Assembly: GCA_963664405.1 (NCBI GenBank)
Contig: OY761158.1
Span: forward strand, 3,904,001 to 3,968,000
Direction: 5' to 3'
Length of the DNA: 64,000 nucleotides
DNA from: Thermoanaerobaculia bacterium
Lineage (GTDB): Bacteria; Acidobacteriota; Thermoanaerobaculia; Multivoradales; Multivoraceae
Shown: piece by piece, positions 40,958-51,913 of the stretch
Layout: each line of letters begins with the position of its first letter
How positions within the stretch are numbered: position 1 is the stretch's first letter
Notes under the pieces: model-generated
Database searches by the model: none
What the model was told of the DNA's origin: nothing
The model's input: only the letters and a program-made list of their open reading frames with translations
Made by a program: the position numbers and the translations under genes

Positions 40958-43654
40958 ATGGTTCTAGAAGCTGGCACTCTCCTCGGCCACTACGAAGTGG
41001 TTTCCTCGCTTGGCGCGGGAGGCATGGGAGAGGTCTACCGAGCCAAGGACACGAAGCTCGGACGGGAGGTGGCGATCAAACTCCTGCTCGACGAGGTGTC
41101 CTCTGATCCGCAGCGTCTCGCTCGCTTCGAGCGCGAGGCGCGGGTCCTGGCTTCGCTGAATCACAACAACATAGCCACGCTCTACGGCTTCGAGAAGGAA
41201 GGCGACACCAGCTTCCTGGTCATGGAGCTGGTCGAGGGGGAAACGCTGGCAGAGCGCATCCAGCGCGGTGCGATGCCGATCGACGAGGCGCTGCCGCTCT
41301 TCTTGCAGATCGCCGAGGGGCTTGAGGCTGCTCACGAGAAGGGCGTCATCCACCGCGACCTGAAGCCGGCGAACATCAAGATCACCGACGACCGCCAGGT
41401 GAAGATCCTCGACTTCGGATTGGCTAAGGCCATGGCTCCGGTGGTCGATGCTAGCGATCCGACGATGTCGCAGTCCCCGACACTGACCCTCGCCGCGACC
41501 CGACGTGGCGAGATTCTCGGCACCGCCGCCTACATGAGTCCGGAGCAGGCGGCCGGTAAGACACTCGATAGGCGCACCGATGTCTGGGCCTTTGGTTGCT
41601 GCCTCTTCGAGGCGCTTTCGGGACATCGAGCCTTCGAGGCCGACACCGCTCCGCAGACGGTGGCCAAAGTCCTGGAAAGGGAGCCTCTATGGGAGGCGCT
41701 ACCGCCTACAGTTCCGTCCCCGGTCGAGCGCCTTCTTCGCCGGTGTCTGCGCAAGGATCTTCGGCAGCGCCTGCACGCCATCGCGGATGCCCGGATCGAG
41801 ATCGAGGAGACGTTCAGCGGCTCGGAGGGGCAGGGGTTTGCTGCGCAACCGGCGGGAGGCCTTCGGCTTCGCAAACTGGCCAGTTGGCTCGCAATAACGG
41901 CCGCCCTCGCGTTGGGCACTGGCGCATATCTCGCCAAGAGGTTCTGGGAGACAGCGCCGGCTGTGGAGAGGCCGCCATTAATCCAGTTCTCCCTGGAAGA
42001 GGTGCTCGACCCCGGTCTCGGGCTCTCGATAGACGAGGTCGATCGACCCTCCATCGCGTTCTCATCCGACGGTCAGCATGTCGTCTTTGTGGCGAAATCG
42101 GAGGACGGGATCCGGCGCCTCCACTTGCGCAAACTCGACGAGGTGCGCGGCAGCGAGCTCCCCGGAACGGAGGGCGCCACGACAGCCTTCTTTTCACCGA
42201 ACGGCCAGTGGATCGGCTTCTTTCAGAGGTGGAAGCTGAAGAAGTTGCCGATCGCCGGGGGGACGCCCCGTACCGTCAGCTCAGGGGGCATGTACGGGGC
42301 GAGCTGGGGGCCGGATGACACGATCGTCTTTCCTATCATCGACGTATCCGGCCTTTCGATCGTCTCGGCTCAAGGAGGAACGCCCGAGGTCCTGACGGTT
42401 GTCGATCGGGAAGCAGGCGAGTTCAGTCACCGGTGGCCCCAGTTCCTTCCTGGTGGCCAAGCGATCCTCCTAACTGTGGGCCGTTCCGGGAACTGGGATG
42501 AAGCCGCCATCGCAGTCCATTCTCTAGACACCGGCGAGCGTCACATCGTCATCGAAGGGGGCACACATGCACGCTACTCGCCCACCGGACACATCGTCTA
42601 TGGCCGTGGCGGTCGTTTATGGGCGGTTCCTTTCGACCTCGCTAGCCTCGAAGTGAACGGCCCCTCGGAGCTCCTACTCGAAGGTGTGGCCCAGAGCGGC
42701 TCGAACGGAATGGCCCAGTTCGCTCTGTCTGGTCACGGTTCCCTCGTCTACGCCCCCGGTACGGTGTACACACCAAACCTGCGACTGATCTGGGTCGACC
42801 GACAGGGGAACGCCGAGCCCCTGCCTGCTCCGCCTGGTCGCTATTTTCATCCTCGGCTCTCGCCGGACGGGCGTTCGATCGCCCTTGGCATCGATGACGT
42901 ACCGCCACATATCTGGCTCTACGACATCGCCCAGCAGATGAAGCCGAAGCGGTTCACCTTCGAGTCCTACAACCGCTTTCCTATCTGGACCCCCGATGGA
43001 GTCCACGTGACCTGGGCTTCACCACGAGGTGAGAATCTGCCGGACATCTGGTGGAAAGCAGCGAATGGAGGCGGTGGCTCAGATCAACTCACTCGGAGCC
43101 GGGAGGCCGTTCAAGTTCCCCTCGATTGGGCGCGCAACGGCCAGGTGCTCCTCTTGGACTCGAAGGGCGCTGCCGGAGAGCAAGACATCTGGTCTCTGTC
43201 GCTCGGTGAGGATCCAGCGGTCCAGCCCTTCGTCGCCACTGACGCACTCGAGACCAACGCCACGTTCTCCCCGGATGGCCTCTGGGTGGCGTATCAATCG
43301 GACGAGTCGGGAAGCTACGAGATTTACGTCCAGCCGTATCCCGGTCCGGGAGGAAAGATGCAGGTCTCGAGCGAAGGCGGCAAAAGCCCCGTCTGGTCTC
43401 GCGACGGAAGCGAGATCTTCTTCCGATCCGGAGAGCGGATGATGACTGTTGAGCTCCTATCCTTTGAGCCACTGCCACAGCTAGGAAGACCCAGGGAGCT
43501 GTTTCGTGGGATCTTCTCCGGAGGCTTCGCCTATTTTCGCGGCTACGACGTCTCCGCGGACGGCCAGCGCTTTCTCATGGCACAGCATGCAGATACGGCT
43601 CCGGAGCCCAAGCCGTTGATCGTGGTGATCAACTGGCCCGAGCTACTCGAATGA
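40958..43654 (+). CDS. Ser/Thr protein kinase with TM segment and TolB-like (PD40) propeller
   Basis: GAGGMGEV, HRDLKPAN, DFGLAK, YMSPEQ; repeated xSPDG motifs. Confidence 0.93.
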   Translation: MVLEAGTLLGHYEVVSSLGAGGMGEVYRAKDTKLGREVAIKLLLDEVSSDPQRLARFEREARVLASLNHNNIATLYGFEKEGDTSFLVMELVEGETLAERIQRGAMPIDEALPLFLQIAEGLEAAHEKGVIHRDLKPANIKITDDRQVKILDFGLAKAMAPVVDASDPTMSQSPTLTLAATRRGEILGTAAYMSPEQAAGKTLDRRTDVWAFGCCLFEALSGHRAFEADTAPQTVAKVLEREPLWEALPPTVPSPVERLLRRCLRKDLRQRLHAIADARIEIEETFSGSEGQGFAAQPAGGLRLRKLASWLAITAALALGTGAYLAKRFWETAPAVERPPLIQFSLEEVLDPGLGLSIDEVDRPSIAFSSDGQHVVFVAKSEDGIRRLHLRKLDEVRGSELPGTEGATTAFFSPNGQWIGFFQRWKLKKLPIAGGTPRTVSSGGMYGASWGPDDTIVFPIIDVSGLSIVSAQGGTPEVLTVVDREAGEFSHRWPQFLPGGQAILLTVGRSGNWDEAAIAVHSLDTGERHIVIEGGTHARYSPTGHIVYGRGGRLWAVPFDLASLEVNGPSELLLEGVAQSGSNGMAQFALSGHGSLVYAPGTVYTPNLRLIWVDRQGNAEPLPAPPGRYFHPRLSPDGRSIALGIDDVPPHIWLYDIAQQMKPKRFTFESYNRFPIWTPDGVHVTWASPRGENLPDIWWKAANGGGGSDQLTRSREAVQVPLDWARNGQVLLLDSKGAAGEQDIWSLSLGEDPAVQPFVATDALETNATFSPDGLWVAYQSDESGSYEIYVQPYPGPGGKMQVSSEGGKSPVWSRDGSEIFFRSGERMMTVELLSFEPLPQLGRPRELFRGIFSGGFAYFRGYDVSADGQRFLMAQHADTAPEPKPLIVVINWPELLE

Positions 43655-43764
43655 TCGGCAAGCGCTTCATTTACCCTGCCCTAGAGTCCACACCCTTCGA
43701 AGCGGCGACACGCAGCGGAGTGGATTGGTTTCCATGTCCGGCAGGCGCTGGCGTGCCATGCTTA

Positions 43765-45769
43765 GGGTCGGCGCGGAAATAAGTTTCCAGTATCTGGGGT
43801 GACCATACCACTGCCCCCTTCTTCAGCCACCGCATAATCCTCCGGTACGCGCCTTGTTTGCAAGGTTTAGAGCTAGCATAGCCCTGCCCGCATTTGGTAT
43901 AGTTTTCCCTGTCACCTCTTTTGGAAGGGGAACTATACCAAATGGTACGAGCCGAAGATCGTGATGCAACAGTGCGCGAGCTCTTGATGAGCGAACAGAT
44001 GGCCACCATGGATGAGCTCAAGGACGCCATGGGAACCCGAGCCACCATGACGGTCTACCGTTCGCTGTCTCGATTGGGCTATTTGGCCAGCTACTCGGAT
44101 CGAGGGCGGTTCTATACCTTGAACGAGATTCCCGATTTCGACGATCTGGGTTTGTGGTCGTGCGGTTCGGCGAGGTTCAGTCGGCATGGCAGCCTCCTCG
44201 AAACTGCGGTGGCTGCCGTGGACCGGTCCGCTGCCGGCTATACGGCTTCTGAACTCGAGCTCCTGCTGCAGGTCGAGGTCAAGCACGCGATGTTGCACCT
44301 CGTTCGTCGCAAGAGAATCGTACGATCCAGAGTTGGGAATAGGTTCGTATACTTGTGCTCGGAAACAGGGCGCCGTCGTCAGCAGAAGCTGATGCGCAAC
44401 GAACGGCAGGCTCTCCAGGATGTAGCTGCCAGCCTCGTTCCAGAAGTGCTCCCCGAGGAGCTCAGGGCTGCCATCGTTTTATTCTTCAGCCTGCTAGACG
44501 AACGCCAGCGGCGGCTCTTCGCTGGCCTGGAAGCGACCAAGCTCGGGCATGGCGGCGACCGGAAGATCGCCGATCTTCTGGACCTGGACCCTCATACAGT
44601 CGCAAAAGGACGTCGCGAGCTCTTCGGCGGCTCCGTGGAGCGCGGAAGAGTTCGAAGAGCAGGCGGTGGCAACCAACGAGTGGAAAAAAAACGCCCGAGA
44701 TAGTCGATGGAATCCATTCCATACTCGAGGCCGATATAGCTGGTGATCCCATGTCATCAAAAAGATGGACGCACGAGACCGCTGCAAAGGTGGCCCAATG
44801 CCTTGCCGAACGCCTTGACATCATCGTATCGGCTACGGTGGTGCGTCGATTGCTCGCAGACCTGAACTATTCCCTCAAGAGCAATAGGAAATGTCTGTCT
44901 TCGGGGAACTCCCCAGATCGTGATGCACAGTTCAAGGCCATCAAGCGACTGCGCGAGGATTTCACAAGCGCTGGCGACCCGATCATCAGCGTCGATACGA
45001 AGAAGAAGGAGCTGATCGGTCGGTTCAAGAACCAGGGACAGACATGGTGCCGCGAGGCCAAGCGGGTCAAGGATCACGACTTCCGGTCCGAAGCTCTCGC
45101 CATCGCCTCCCCCTATGGGATCTACGATCTTCAGAGGAACTTCGGCGTTCTCGTCCTCGGACAGTCGTCGGACACGCCGGAGTTCGCTGTCAACAGCATC
45201 GCGACCTGGTGGCTCAAATACGGTCGATCTCACTATCCGGCGTCTCAGCGTCTCCTCATTCTTGCCGACAGCGGCGCAAGCAACGGCGCACGGCTTCGAG
45301 CCTGGAAGAAGTACCTCCAGGAGAAGCTCGTAGACAAGTGCGGCCTCATCATCACCGTCGCCCACTATCCAACTGGCACCAGTAAATGGAATCCCATCGA
45401 GCACAGGATGTTCAGCGAGATCAGCAAGAACTGGGCCGGAGTTCCTCTCGAGAGTTTCGAGATCCTCGTCAACCTCGTCCGCAACACGACGACATCCACC
45501 GGACTGCGCGTCGAGCCGTGCCGTGATCAACGCCAATACCAGAAAGGAGTCAGGGTATCGGACAAGGAAATGCTGCAGCTCGCGGTGGCCAGGAGCGACT
45601 TCCTAGGAAAGTGGAACTACACCCTCTCGCCGAGACCGCGAACCGAGCAGGAAGAGCTTGCCCCACAGCCTGGGCTCAGCTCACCACCACCTCCAATGCA
45701 GCGACCGCCCTGTGGCGCCTCGGCCTCACACGCTCCGGCGATAATGTGAAGTTATTTCCGCGCCGACCC
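43765..45769 (+). mobile_element. ISAzo13-family IS with frameshifted transposase (ORFs ~43942-44703 and ~44690-45749)
   Basis: 18-bp IR GGGTCGGCGCGGAAATAA; TTA duplication; LDERQRRLFAG, ISVDTKKKE, DHDF, SKWNPIEHR motifs; A8 run at 44684-44691 at the ORF junction. Confidence 0.88.
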
Positions 45770-45847
45770 TTAGGGCGGTGTACAGCCAGGCAATCGCGCT
45801 CGCCCACCGGTTCGAAACGCCTCATACACTTTGATTGACGTGAGTGC

Positions 45848-45940
45848 TGTCGCGTTTCCTGGCGCTCTGCGACAGGTATAGCCGAAAGCAGATAACCCTC
45901 TGAGAGAAGGGGCTGTCGTGAAATTCGGTGGATCGCGACA
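45848..45940 (+). repeat. Palindrome doublet B
   Basis: TGTCG-N17-CGACA at 45848-45874 and 45914-45940. Confidence 0.85.
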
Positions 45941-45956
45941 GTCCACAAACGAGGAC

Positions 45957-46568
45957 TCAGAGCGCTTTCGTCATTCGATAGAACTTCAATGCCGGTATGG
46001 GCAAGCGCTTTGGCCAATGCGACTCGACGGTCATCCCGCGGCGCTCGTAGAATCCGCGGGCTCCCTCGTTCTTGCCTGAGACGTCGAGGGATAATCGAGT
46101 CGATCCACTTGCGCGAGCCCACTCTTCAGAATAGTCCATCAAGACGGCGCCGACGCCAGCGCCGCGAAGTTCTTTATCAACAGCGATGAACTGGATGTAG
46201 AAATCGCCATCGGCAATTGAATCGGTAATCCGCATCATCGGAGCAACCAGTATTTTCACGATCCTCATTCGTAGATGACGCCTACCCGCAGCCCGCTTCA
46301 AGGGTTGGTGCGAGGAACGGCGATGCTGCTCCGCGGTGTACCCCGCGACCATTCCCACGATGACGTCGTCACGTTCTGCGAAGGTCACATTCTGGTAGGA
46401 GAGGTCGTGGTCGGGCTGGGCGAACGCCGTGGCGAGTATGTGCCCGGCGCGGCGACCGAGCCAGAAGCCGAAGAAACCCTCAGCTGATTGGTCGACGTAG
46501 CGGGCGAATACCAGACCCTCTTCGAAGGTGGGGTTGGCGGCCCGAAGGGTTACCGAATGCTGATTCAT
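45957..46568 (-). CDS. GNAT family N-acetyltransferase
   Basis: IAVDKELRGAGVG, NEGARGFYERRG motifs; start MNQHSV. Confidence 0.85.
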   Translation of the reverse strand: MNQHSVTLRAANPTFEEGLVFARYVDQSAEGFFGFWLGRRAGHILATAFAQPDHDLSYQNVTFAERDDVIVGMVAGYTAEQHRRSSHQPLKRAAGRRHLRMRIVKILVAPMMRITDSIADGDFYIQFIAVDKELRGAGVGAVLMDYSEEWARASGSTRLSLDVSGKNEGARGFYERRGMTVESHWPKRLPIPALKFYRMTKAL

Positions 46569-46656
46569 GATTGTCTGGCGAGATGCGACAAGAATAGCTC
46601 GTTCTGAATAAGCCCGCTCAGCGCCGCCGTGTCGTAGTTCTAGGTGAGGTGCGACA
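46564..46656 (+). repeat. Palindrome doublet C (first arm degenerate, overlaps GNAT start codon)
   Basis: Sites at 46564-46590 and 46630-46656. Confidence 0.75.
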
Positions 46657-46716
46657 TCACAATTCGAGCTCTGAGCCGCTGATCCACCGGGCGACGGGTA
46701 TGATGTCGCCAAGTCA

Positions 46717-49380
46717 ATGGCTCTAGAAGCTGGCACTCGCCTCGGCCACTACGAAGTGGTCTCCTCGCTCGGTGCGGGAGGCATGGGAGAAGTGTATCGA
46801 GCGAAGGACACGAAGCTCGGTCGCGAGGTAGCAGTCAAGCTCCTGCTCGACGAGGTCTCTTCTGACCCGGAGCGTCTAGCTCGCTTCGAGCGCGAGGCGC
46901 GGGTGCTCGCGTCACTCAACCACAAGAACATCGCCAGCCTCCACGCCTTCGAGCGAGAGGGTGACACGGGCTTCCTGGTCATGGAACTGGTCGAGGGCGA
47001 GACGCTGGCCGATCGGATCAGGAGAGGCGCAATCCCGGTCGATGAAGCGTTGCCGCTGTTCGTGCAGGTCGCCGAAGGCCTGGAGGCGGCACATGAGAAG
47101 GGAGTGATCCACCGGGATCTGAAGCCAGCCAACATCAAAATCTCGCCCGACGGTGTGGTCAAGATCCTGGACTTCGGCTTGGCCAAGGCCACTTCGCCAG
47201 ACCTCGATCCGGCCGCCGCGACGTTGTCGAACTCTCCGACGCTGACCCTAGCGGCGACGATGCGAGGGCAGATCCTCGGGACCGCCGCGTACATGGCCCC
47301 CGAACAGGCAAAAGGAAGTCCGGTCGACAAGCGAGCCGATCTCTGGGCCTTTGGCGCGTGCCTCTACGAGGCGATCACCGCGAAGCGCGCCTTCGACGGT
47401 AACGACGCCACCGATATCTTGGGGTCGGTCCTGAAGCTGGAGCCGGATTGGGATGCCCTACCGGCGGAGCTTCCGGACGCGCTGAAGCGAGTTCTGGAAC
47501 GTTGCCTAGCAAAGGACCCCCGTCAGCGGGCCCGAGACGCTGGCGATCTACGCCTTGACCTGGAGGCGGCTCCACGCGAGAAGCTCTCACTGTCGCCTGA
47601 GACTGCGAGGCCCGAGCACTCTCTCGTGCGATGGATTCCATGGCTCGTCGCCGCTGGTGCAATAGCCGTAGTCATCACCCTGATGGCGTCGCGCGACGAG
47701 GCCGAGCCGCAACCGCGTCCTATGACCAGAACGTCGATCGTGCTTCCCCTCGAGGCACCGCTCGCACCTCCGAGCTCCTTCCATCTGGCAATCGGCCGAA
47801 CCTCGTTGGCTCTGGCACCCGACGGCTCCTTCCTCGTTTACGTTGCCTGGGTCGACCACGCTCACCATCTCTATCGCCGTGACATGCGCTCCGGGGAGAT
47901 CACGCCCATGCAGGGGACAGAAGGGGCGCAGGGCCCTCTCTTCTCGCCCGACAGTCGGTGGGTGGGTTTCTTCGCCGACGGGCGACTCAAAAAAGTGCTC
48001 TTGGATGGCGGCGAGCCACAGGTGCTCGCCACCGCGGTCTGGGGTTCTGGCGCTGACTGGGGAAGCGATGGCCACATCTATTTCGCACCGACAGAGGCCA
48101 GCCGGATCTACCGGGTCCCAGAGAACGGTGGAGGCGCAGAGCCCGTCACCGTCTTGCCCAAGGACACGTTCATGCAGACGCATCCATGGCTCTTGCCTGG
48201 AACCCGTGACCTCATCCTCACCAGCCACTCCCAAAGGAGAAGGATTGTGTCTCGTGCGACGGTCAGTTCGTCCGAGGCTCCCTCCCTTCTGCTGGAGCGC
48301 GGCCACGGCGCACGCGTCTCTCCGAGCGGCCATCTGATCTTCATGGACGAAGGGCGACTCTTGGCCGTTGCGTACGATCGTGCCGACAAGAGTGTAGCCG
48401 GCACACCGATAGTGATCCTCGATGACGTGCGGAACGACAGTATGGCTGGACACATGTCGGCGACGTTCTCGAATAGCGGAACGCTGATATATCCGGGAGG
48501 GTCCGATATCTCTAGAGGGCGCTTCGTCTGGGCCGACCGTCAGGGAAATCGAGAACCTTTGAACCTTCCCGTGGCTTCCTACCAAGATTCCGACGTTTCG
48601 CCGGACGGTCGCACAATTGCCTATACCGTTCCCGAGGGTGTGGAGTCTCGCATCTGGGTCTACGACATCGAACGCGGGACAGCACGCCCGCTCACTCCAG
48701 GCTCTGGGCCGTTCTGGTCGAGCGTGAGCGACACCCTCTTCTACACCTCTTTCACCGATGCGGGACCGAGCGTCTGGCGCATCGGGGCCGAGGGCTCAGC
48801 ATCCCCGACGGAGGTTCTGCCTGCCCCGGCGCACCTCCAGACCCTGGGAGAGGTCGGAATCATCTATGACGTTCGCCAAGGCGACGTTTCCTTCGCGCCA
48901 TGGGCAGAGCAACTGGTGGCTGTAGATCTCGACGAGGCTCGACTGATCCTGGCCTCGGAGGCTCAGGAAACTTTCGCCGCGCTCTCGCCCGACGAGCGAT
49001 GGCTCGCCTACATGTCCGACGAGAGCGGTACTTGGGAGATCTATGTCACGGACTTCCCGGAGGCTTCGATCAAGCGCCGGGTTTCTACTGCCGGAGGCGA
49101 AGAGCCCCGTTGGAGCCCGGACGGAAGCGAGATCATCTGGCGCTTCGGCGTGGATTGGTTCTCCGTCGATTTCGACGACGGCGAGGAGATGAAGCTGGGC
49201 GCGCCCATGATCATCCTCTCGGGCCCCTTCATCAACGTCCCGGGGTGGTCCTGGGATTTCTCCCCCGACGGCCGGCGCTTCCTGGTGCTCGAGAACGAAG
49301 AGGCGAGCGAAGCGCTGACCGAGTTGGCCGTCATCCATGACTTCTTCGAAGAGGTCGAGAGGCTCGTGCCCACCGACTGA
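46717..49380 (+). CDS. Ser/Thr protein kinase with TM segment and TolB-like propeller (paralogue of 40958)
   Basis: Same kinase motifs; very similar N-terminus, divergent propeller. Confidence 0.93.
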   Translation: MALEAGTRLGHYEVVSSLGAGGMGEVYRAKDTKLGREVAVKLLLDEVSSDPERLARFEREARVLASLNHKNIASLHAFEREGDTGFLVMELVEGETLADRIRRGAIPVDEALPLFVQVAEGLEAAHEKGVIHRDLKPANIKISPDGVVKILDFGLAKATSPDLDPAAATLSNSPTLTLAATMRGQILGTAAYMAPEQAKGSPVDKRADLWAFGACLYEAITAKRAFDGNDATDILGSVLKLEPDWDALPAELPDALKRVLERCLAKDPRQRARDAGDLRLDLEAAPREKLSLSPETARPEHSLVRWIPWLVAAGAIAVVITLMASRDEAEPQPRPMTRTSIVLPLEAPLAPPSSFHLAIGRTSLALAPDGSFLVYVAWVDHAHHLYRRDMRSGEITPMQGTEGAQGPLFSPDSRWVGFFADGRLKKVLLDGGEPQVLATAVWGSGADWGSDGHIYFAPTEASRIYRVPENGGGAEPVTVLPKDTFMQTHPWLLPGTRDLILTSHSQRRRIVSRATVSSSEAPSLLLERGHGARVSPSGHLIFMDEGRLLAVAYDRADKSVAGTPIVILDDVRNDSMAGHMSATFSNSGTLIYPGGSDISRGRFVWADRQGNREPLNLPVASYQDSDVSPDGRTIAYTVPEGVESRIWVYDIERGTARPLTPGSGPFWSSVSDTLFYTSFTDAGPSVWRIGAEGSASPTEVLPAPAHLQTLGEVGIIYDVRQGDVSFAPWAEQLVAVDLDEARLILASEAQETFAALSPDERWLAYMSDESGTWEIYVTDFPEASIKRRVSTAGGEEPRWSPDGSEIIWRFGVDWFSVDFDDGEEMKLGAPMIILSGPFINVPGWSWDFSPDGRRFLVLENEEASEALTELAVIHDFFEEVERLVPTD

Positions 49381-49383
49381 GGT

Positions 49384-49476
49384 TGTCGCCTTTGCTGGCG
49401 GACCACGACAGGCATAGCTGAAAGTCGATAGGCCCAGAAATACTCGATCTGTCGCACTTCTCGGTGCCTTGCGACA
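49384..49476 (+). repeat. Palindrome doublet D
   Basis: Sites at 49384-49410 and 49450-49476, starting 3 bp after the kinase stop. Confidence 0.85.
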
Positions 49477-49600
49477 CCACAGATCGAGCTTTGAGCGACT
49501 GATCCCAACGGACGACCGGTAAGATGTTGCGAGGTCATGGTTCAAGAAGTAGTGCCTTTTCGTCTTCGATTCGGGTGATACCACGATAGGGGAGTAATTG

Positions 49601-51406
49601 ATGACAAGAGTCCGTCGCATTGCCGCGCTGACGGTCGGCGCATTGACTGCCACTTACGCCGCGGGTGCGGAGCGGAACGCCTATTTCGGTGATCTGCACA
49701 TCCATACGCGCTTTTCGTTCGACGCGTTCACCTTCGGCACCCGCGCGACACCCGACGACGCCTACCGTTATGCCCGCGGGGAGGCCATCAAACACCCCGC
49801 CGGCTTCGATATCCAGCTCGATCGGGCGCTCGACTTCTACGCCGTCACCGACCACGCCCGGTATCTCGGCAGGTGGTCGGCGATGATGGATCCCAATCAT
49901 CCTCTGGCGCAGAGTCCTGAAATCCAGCCCTTTTTCGATGCGGAAAAACTCGCCGCAACGGGCCTGTCCCGACAAACAGTCGTCCCCTTCTTCGAGGCCC
50001 ACCCCGACCCGGAGGCCACACGCTCGGCTTGGCGGGAGACCATCGCTTCGGCGGAGCGAAACTACGAGCCGGGCAAGCTCACCACCTTCGTGGGCTATGA
50101 ATACACGCCATCGGCGACCGGTGGGGGCAATCAACACCGAAATGTCATTTTCCGCAGTGCGAAAGCGCCGGAGGTACCCTTCTCTCGACTCGACTCGCCG
50201 AACCCCGAGGATCTCTGGGATTGGCTCGAGGGCTTGCGGGCACAGGGCATCGAGGCGCTGGCGATTCCCCACAACTCGAACCAGAGCGCCGGCCATAAGT
50301 TCGCGCGCCAGAAGAATTCGGGCGAGCCCTTCGACGCGGCCTATGCCCGGCTGCGGATGCGCAACGAGCCACTGGTCGAGGTCACACAGATCAAGGGCAC
50401 TTCGGAGACACACCCCCTGCTCTCGACCAACGACGAGTGGGCGAACTTCGAGATCGAGTATCTCCCCCCCGCCAATAGGAAGCCGGAGTACGTCCGTGGC
50501 AGCTATGTGCGCGATGCCTACCTGACCGGTCTCGAGCTCGAGGAGAACGAGGGGTTCAACCCCTACCGGTTCGGGATGATCGGCTCGAGCGACGGCCACA
50601 ATGGGGGCTCCGCTTATCAGGAGTCGAAGTTCTTCAGCAAGGTCGGTGTCTATGATGCGACGCCGGAGCTGCGCGGCTCTGTGCCCGCGGGGAGTGCTCA
50701 GGCCCGGGGCGACGTCTCACAGCCCACGGGAATGGCTGAAAGGTTGCCAACCTGGGGCGCTTCGGGCTTGGCGGGCGTGTGGGCCGAGGAGAACACCCGC
50801 GAATCGATCTATGACGCGTTCCGCCGCAAAGAGACCTTCGCCACTAGCGGGCCGCGCATCCGGGTGCGTTTGTTCGCCAGCTACGACTTCAAGGGCGATG
50901 CGCTCGAAGACAAGGATCTGATGGCAAAGGCCTACGAGCACGGTGTGCCGATGGGCGCCGATCTCCCGGCCCGTCGCCGCGGCGCACCCCAGTTCCTGGT
51001 CTGGGCGGTGCAGGACCCCGAGTCGACGAAACTCCAGCGCCTGCAGGTGATCAAGGGCTGGATCGAGGCCGGCCGGCCGCAGGAGCGGGTCTATGATGTG
51101 GCCTGCTCGGACGGTCTCGAGGTCGACCGCCAAACTCATCGCTGCCCCGACAACGGCGCCGAGGTGGATCTTGCGGACTGCAGCGTCAGCGCCAACCTCG
51201 GCGCGGCGCAGCTCGAAACTCTCTGGACCGATCCCGACTTCGACTGCCGTCAACGTGCCTTCTACTATGTGCGCGTGCTCGAGAATCCGTCTTGCCGCTG
51301 GTCCACCTGGGATGCACTGCGTGCGGGCACGCCGCCTCGACCCGGTCTTGCGACCACGCTTCAGGAGCGCGCCTTTTCGTCTCCGATTTGGTTGATACCA
51401 CGGTAA
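49601..51406 (+). CDS. DUF3604 family secreted protein (PHP-like metallohydrolase), copy 1
   Basis: YFGDLHIHT, DFYAVTDH, IPHNSN, QIKGTSETHP, QERAFSSPIW motifs. Confidence 0.88.
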   Translation: MTRVRRIAALTVGALTATYAAGAERNAYFGDLHIHTRFSFDAFTFGTRATPDDAYRYARGEAIKHPAGFDIQLDRALDFYAVTDHARYLGRWSAMMDPNHPLAQSPEIQPFFDAEKLAATGLSRQTVVPFFEAHPDPEATRSAWRETIASAERNYEPGKLTTFVGYEYTPSATGGGNQHRNVIFRSAKAPEVPFSRLDSPNPEDLWDWLEGLRAQGIEALAIPHNSNQSAGHKFARQKNSGEPFDAAYARLRMRNEPLVEVTQIKGTSETHPLLSTNDEWANFEIEYLPPANRKPEYVRGSYVRDAYLTGLELEENEGFNPYRFGMIGSSDGHNGGSAYQESKFFSKVGVYDATPELRGSVPAGSAQARGDVSQPTGMAERLPTWGASGLAGVWAEENTRESIYDAFRRKETFATSGPRIRVRLFASYDFKGDALEDKDLMAKAYEHGVPMGADLPARRRGAPQFLVWAVQDPESTKLQRLQVIKGWIEAGRPQERVYDVACSDGLEVDRQTHRCPDNGAEVDLADCSVSANLGAAQLETLWTDPDFDCRQRAFYYVRVLENPSCRWSTWDALRAGTPPRPGLATTLQERAFSSPIWLIPR

Positions 51407-51627
51407 AGCGTGGGCCTGAGTCAGGGTTTCCTCGAAGCGGCACCCACGCTTGACTCGGGCAGAGTCGGCACTGTGAGCGGGCCGCAGTGCCGGGTTGTCG
51501 CCGCCTCCTTGTTCTTGTGGATGTTGCGGAAGTCGGAGGTCTTTATGACCCCCATGAATTCGCGCAAGCTGGGGTAGCGCACGATGTGGAGGCGCCAGGA
51601 TGGGCTCTATCTCCCACCGACCGATGG

Positions 51628-51720
51628 TGTCGTGATTCCTGGCGCTCTGCGACAGGTATAGCCGAAAGCAGATAACCCTCTGAGAGAAGGGGCTGTCGTG
51701 AAATTCGGTGCTTTGCGACA
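51628..51720 (+). repeat. Palindrome doublet E
   Basis: Sites at 51628-51654 and 51694-51720. Confidence 0.85.
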
Positions 51721-51767
51721 GCTCCGAATCAGCTAGCGAGGGCTAGCGATAGACTTGCGCCTACTCA

Positions 51768-51845
51768 ATGGCGCTAGAACCAGGCACACGCCTCGGTCCC
51801 TACGAGATCGTCGAGCTGCGCGGGAAGGGCGGCATGAGAGAGGTC
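51768..51845 (+). pseudogene. N-terminal stub of a third Ser/Thr kinase
   Basis: MALEPGTRLGPYEIVELRGKGGMREV, then unrelated sequence. Confidence 0.7.
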
Positions 51846-51913
51846 TGTAGTACTGGGTTTAAGTGGCCGCTCTTCCCCTGCCCGACCTCCTGTATGCTCT
51901 CTGTCGCTCCCAT

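Noticed and set aside
51846-51913. Additional IS end (TGTAGTACTGGG...) truncating the kinase stub
   Set aside because: No partner inverted repeat found in the window.
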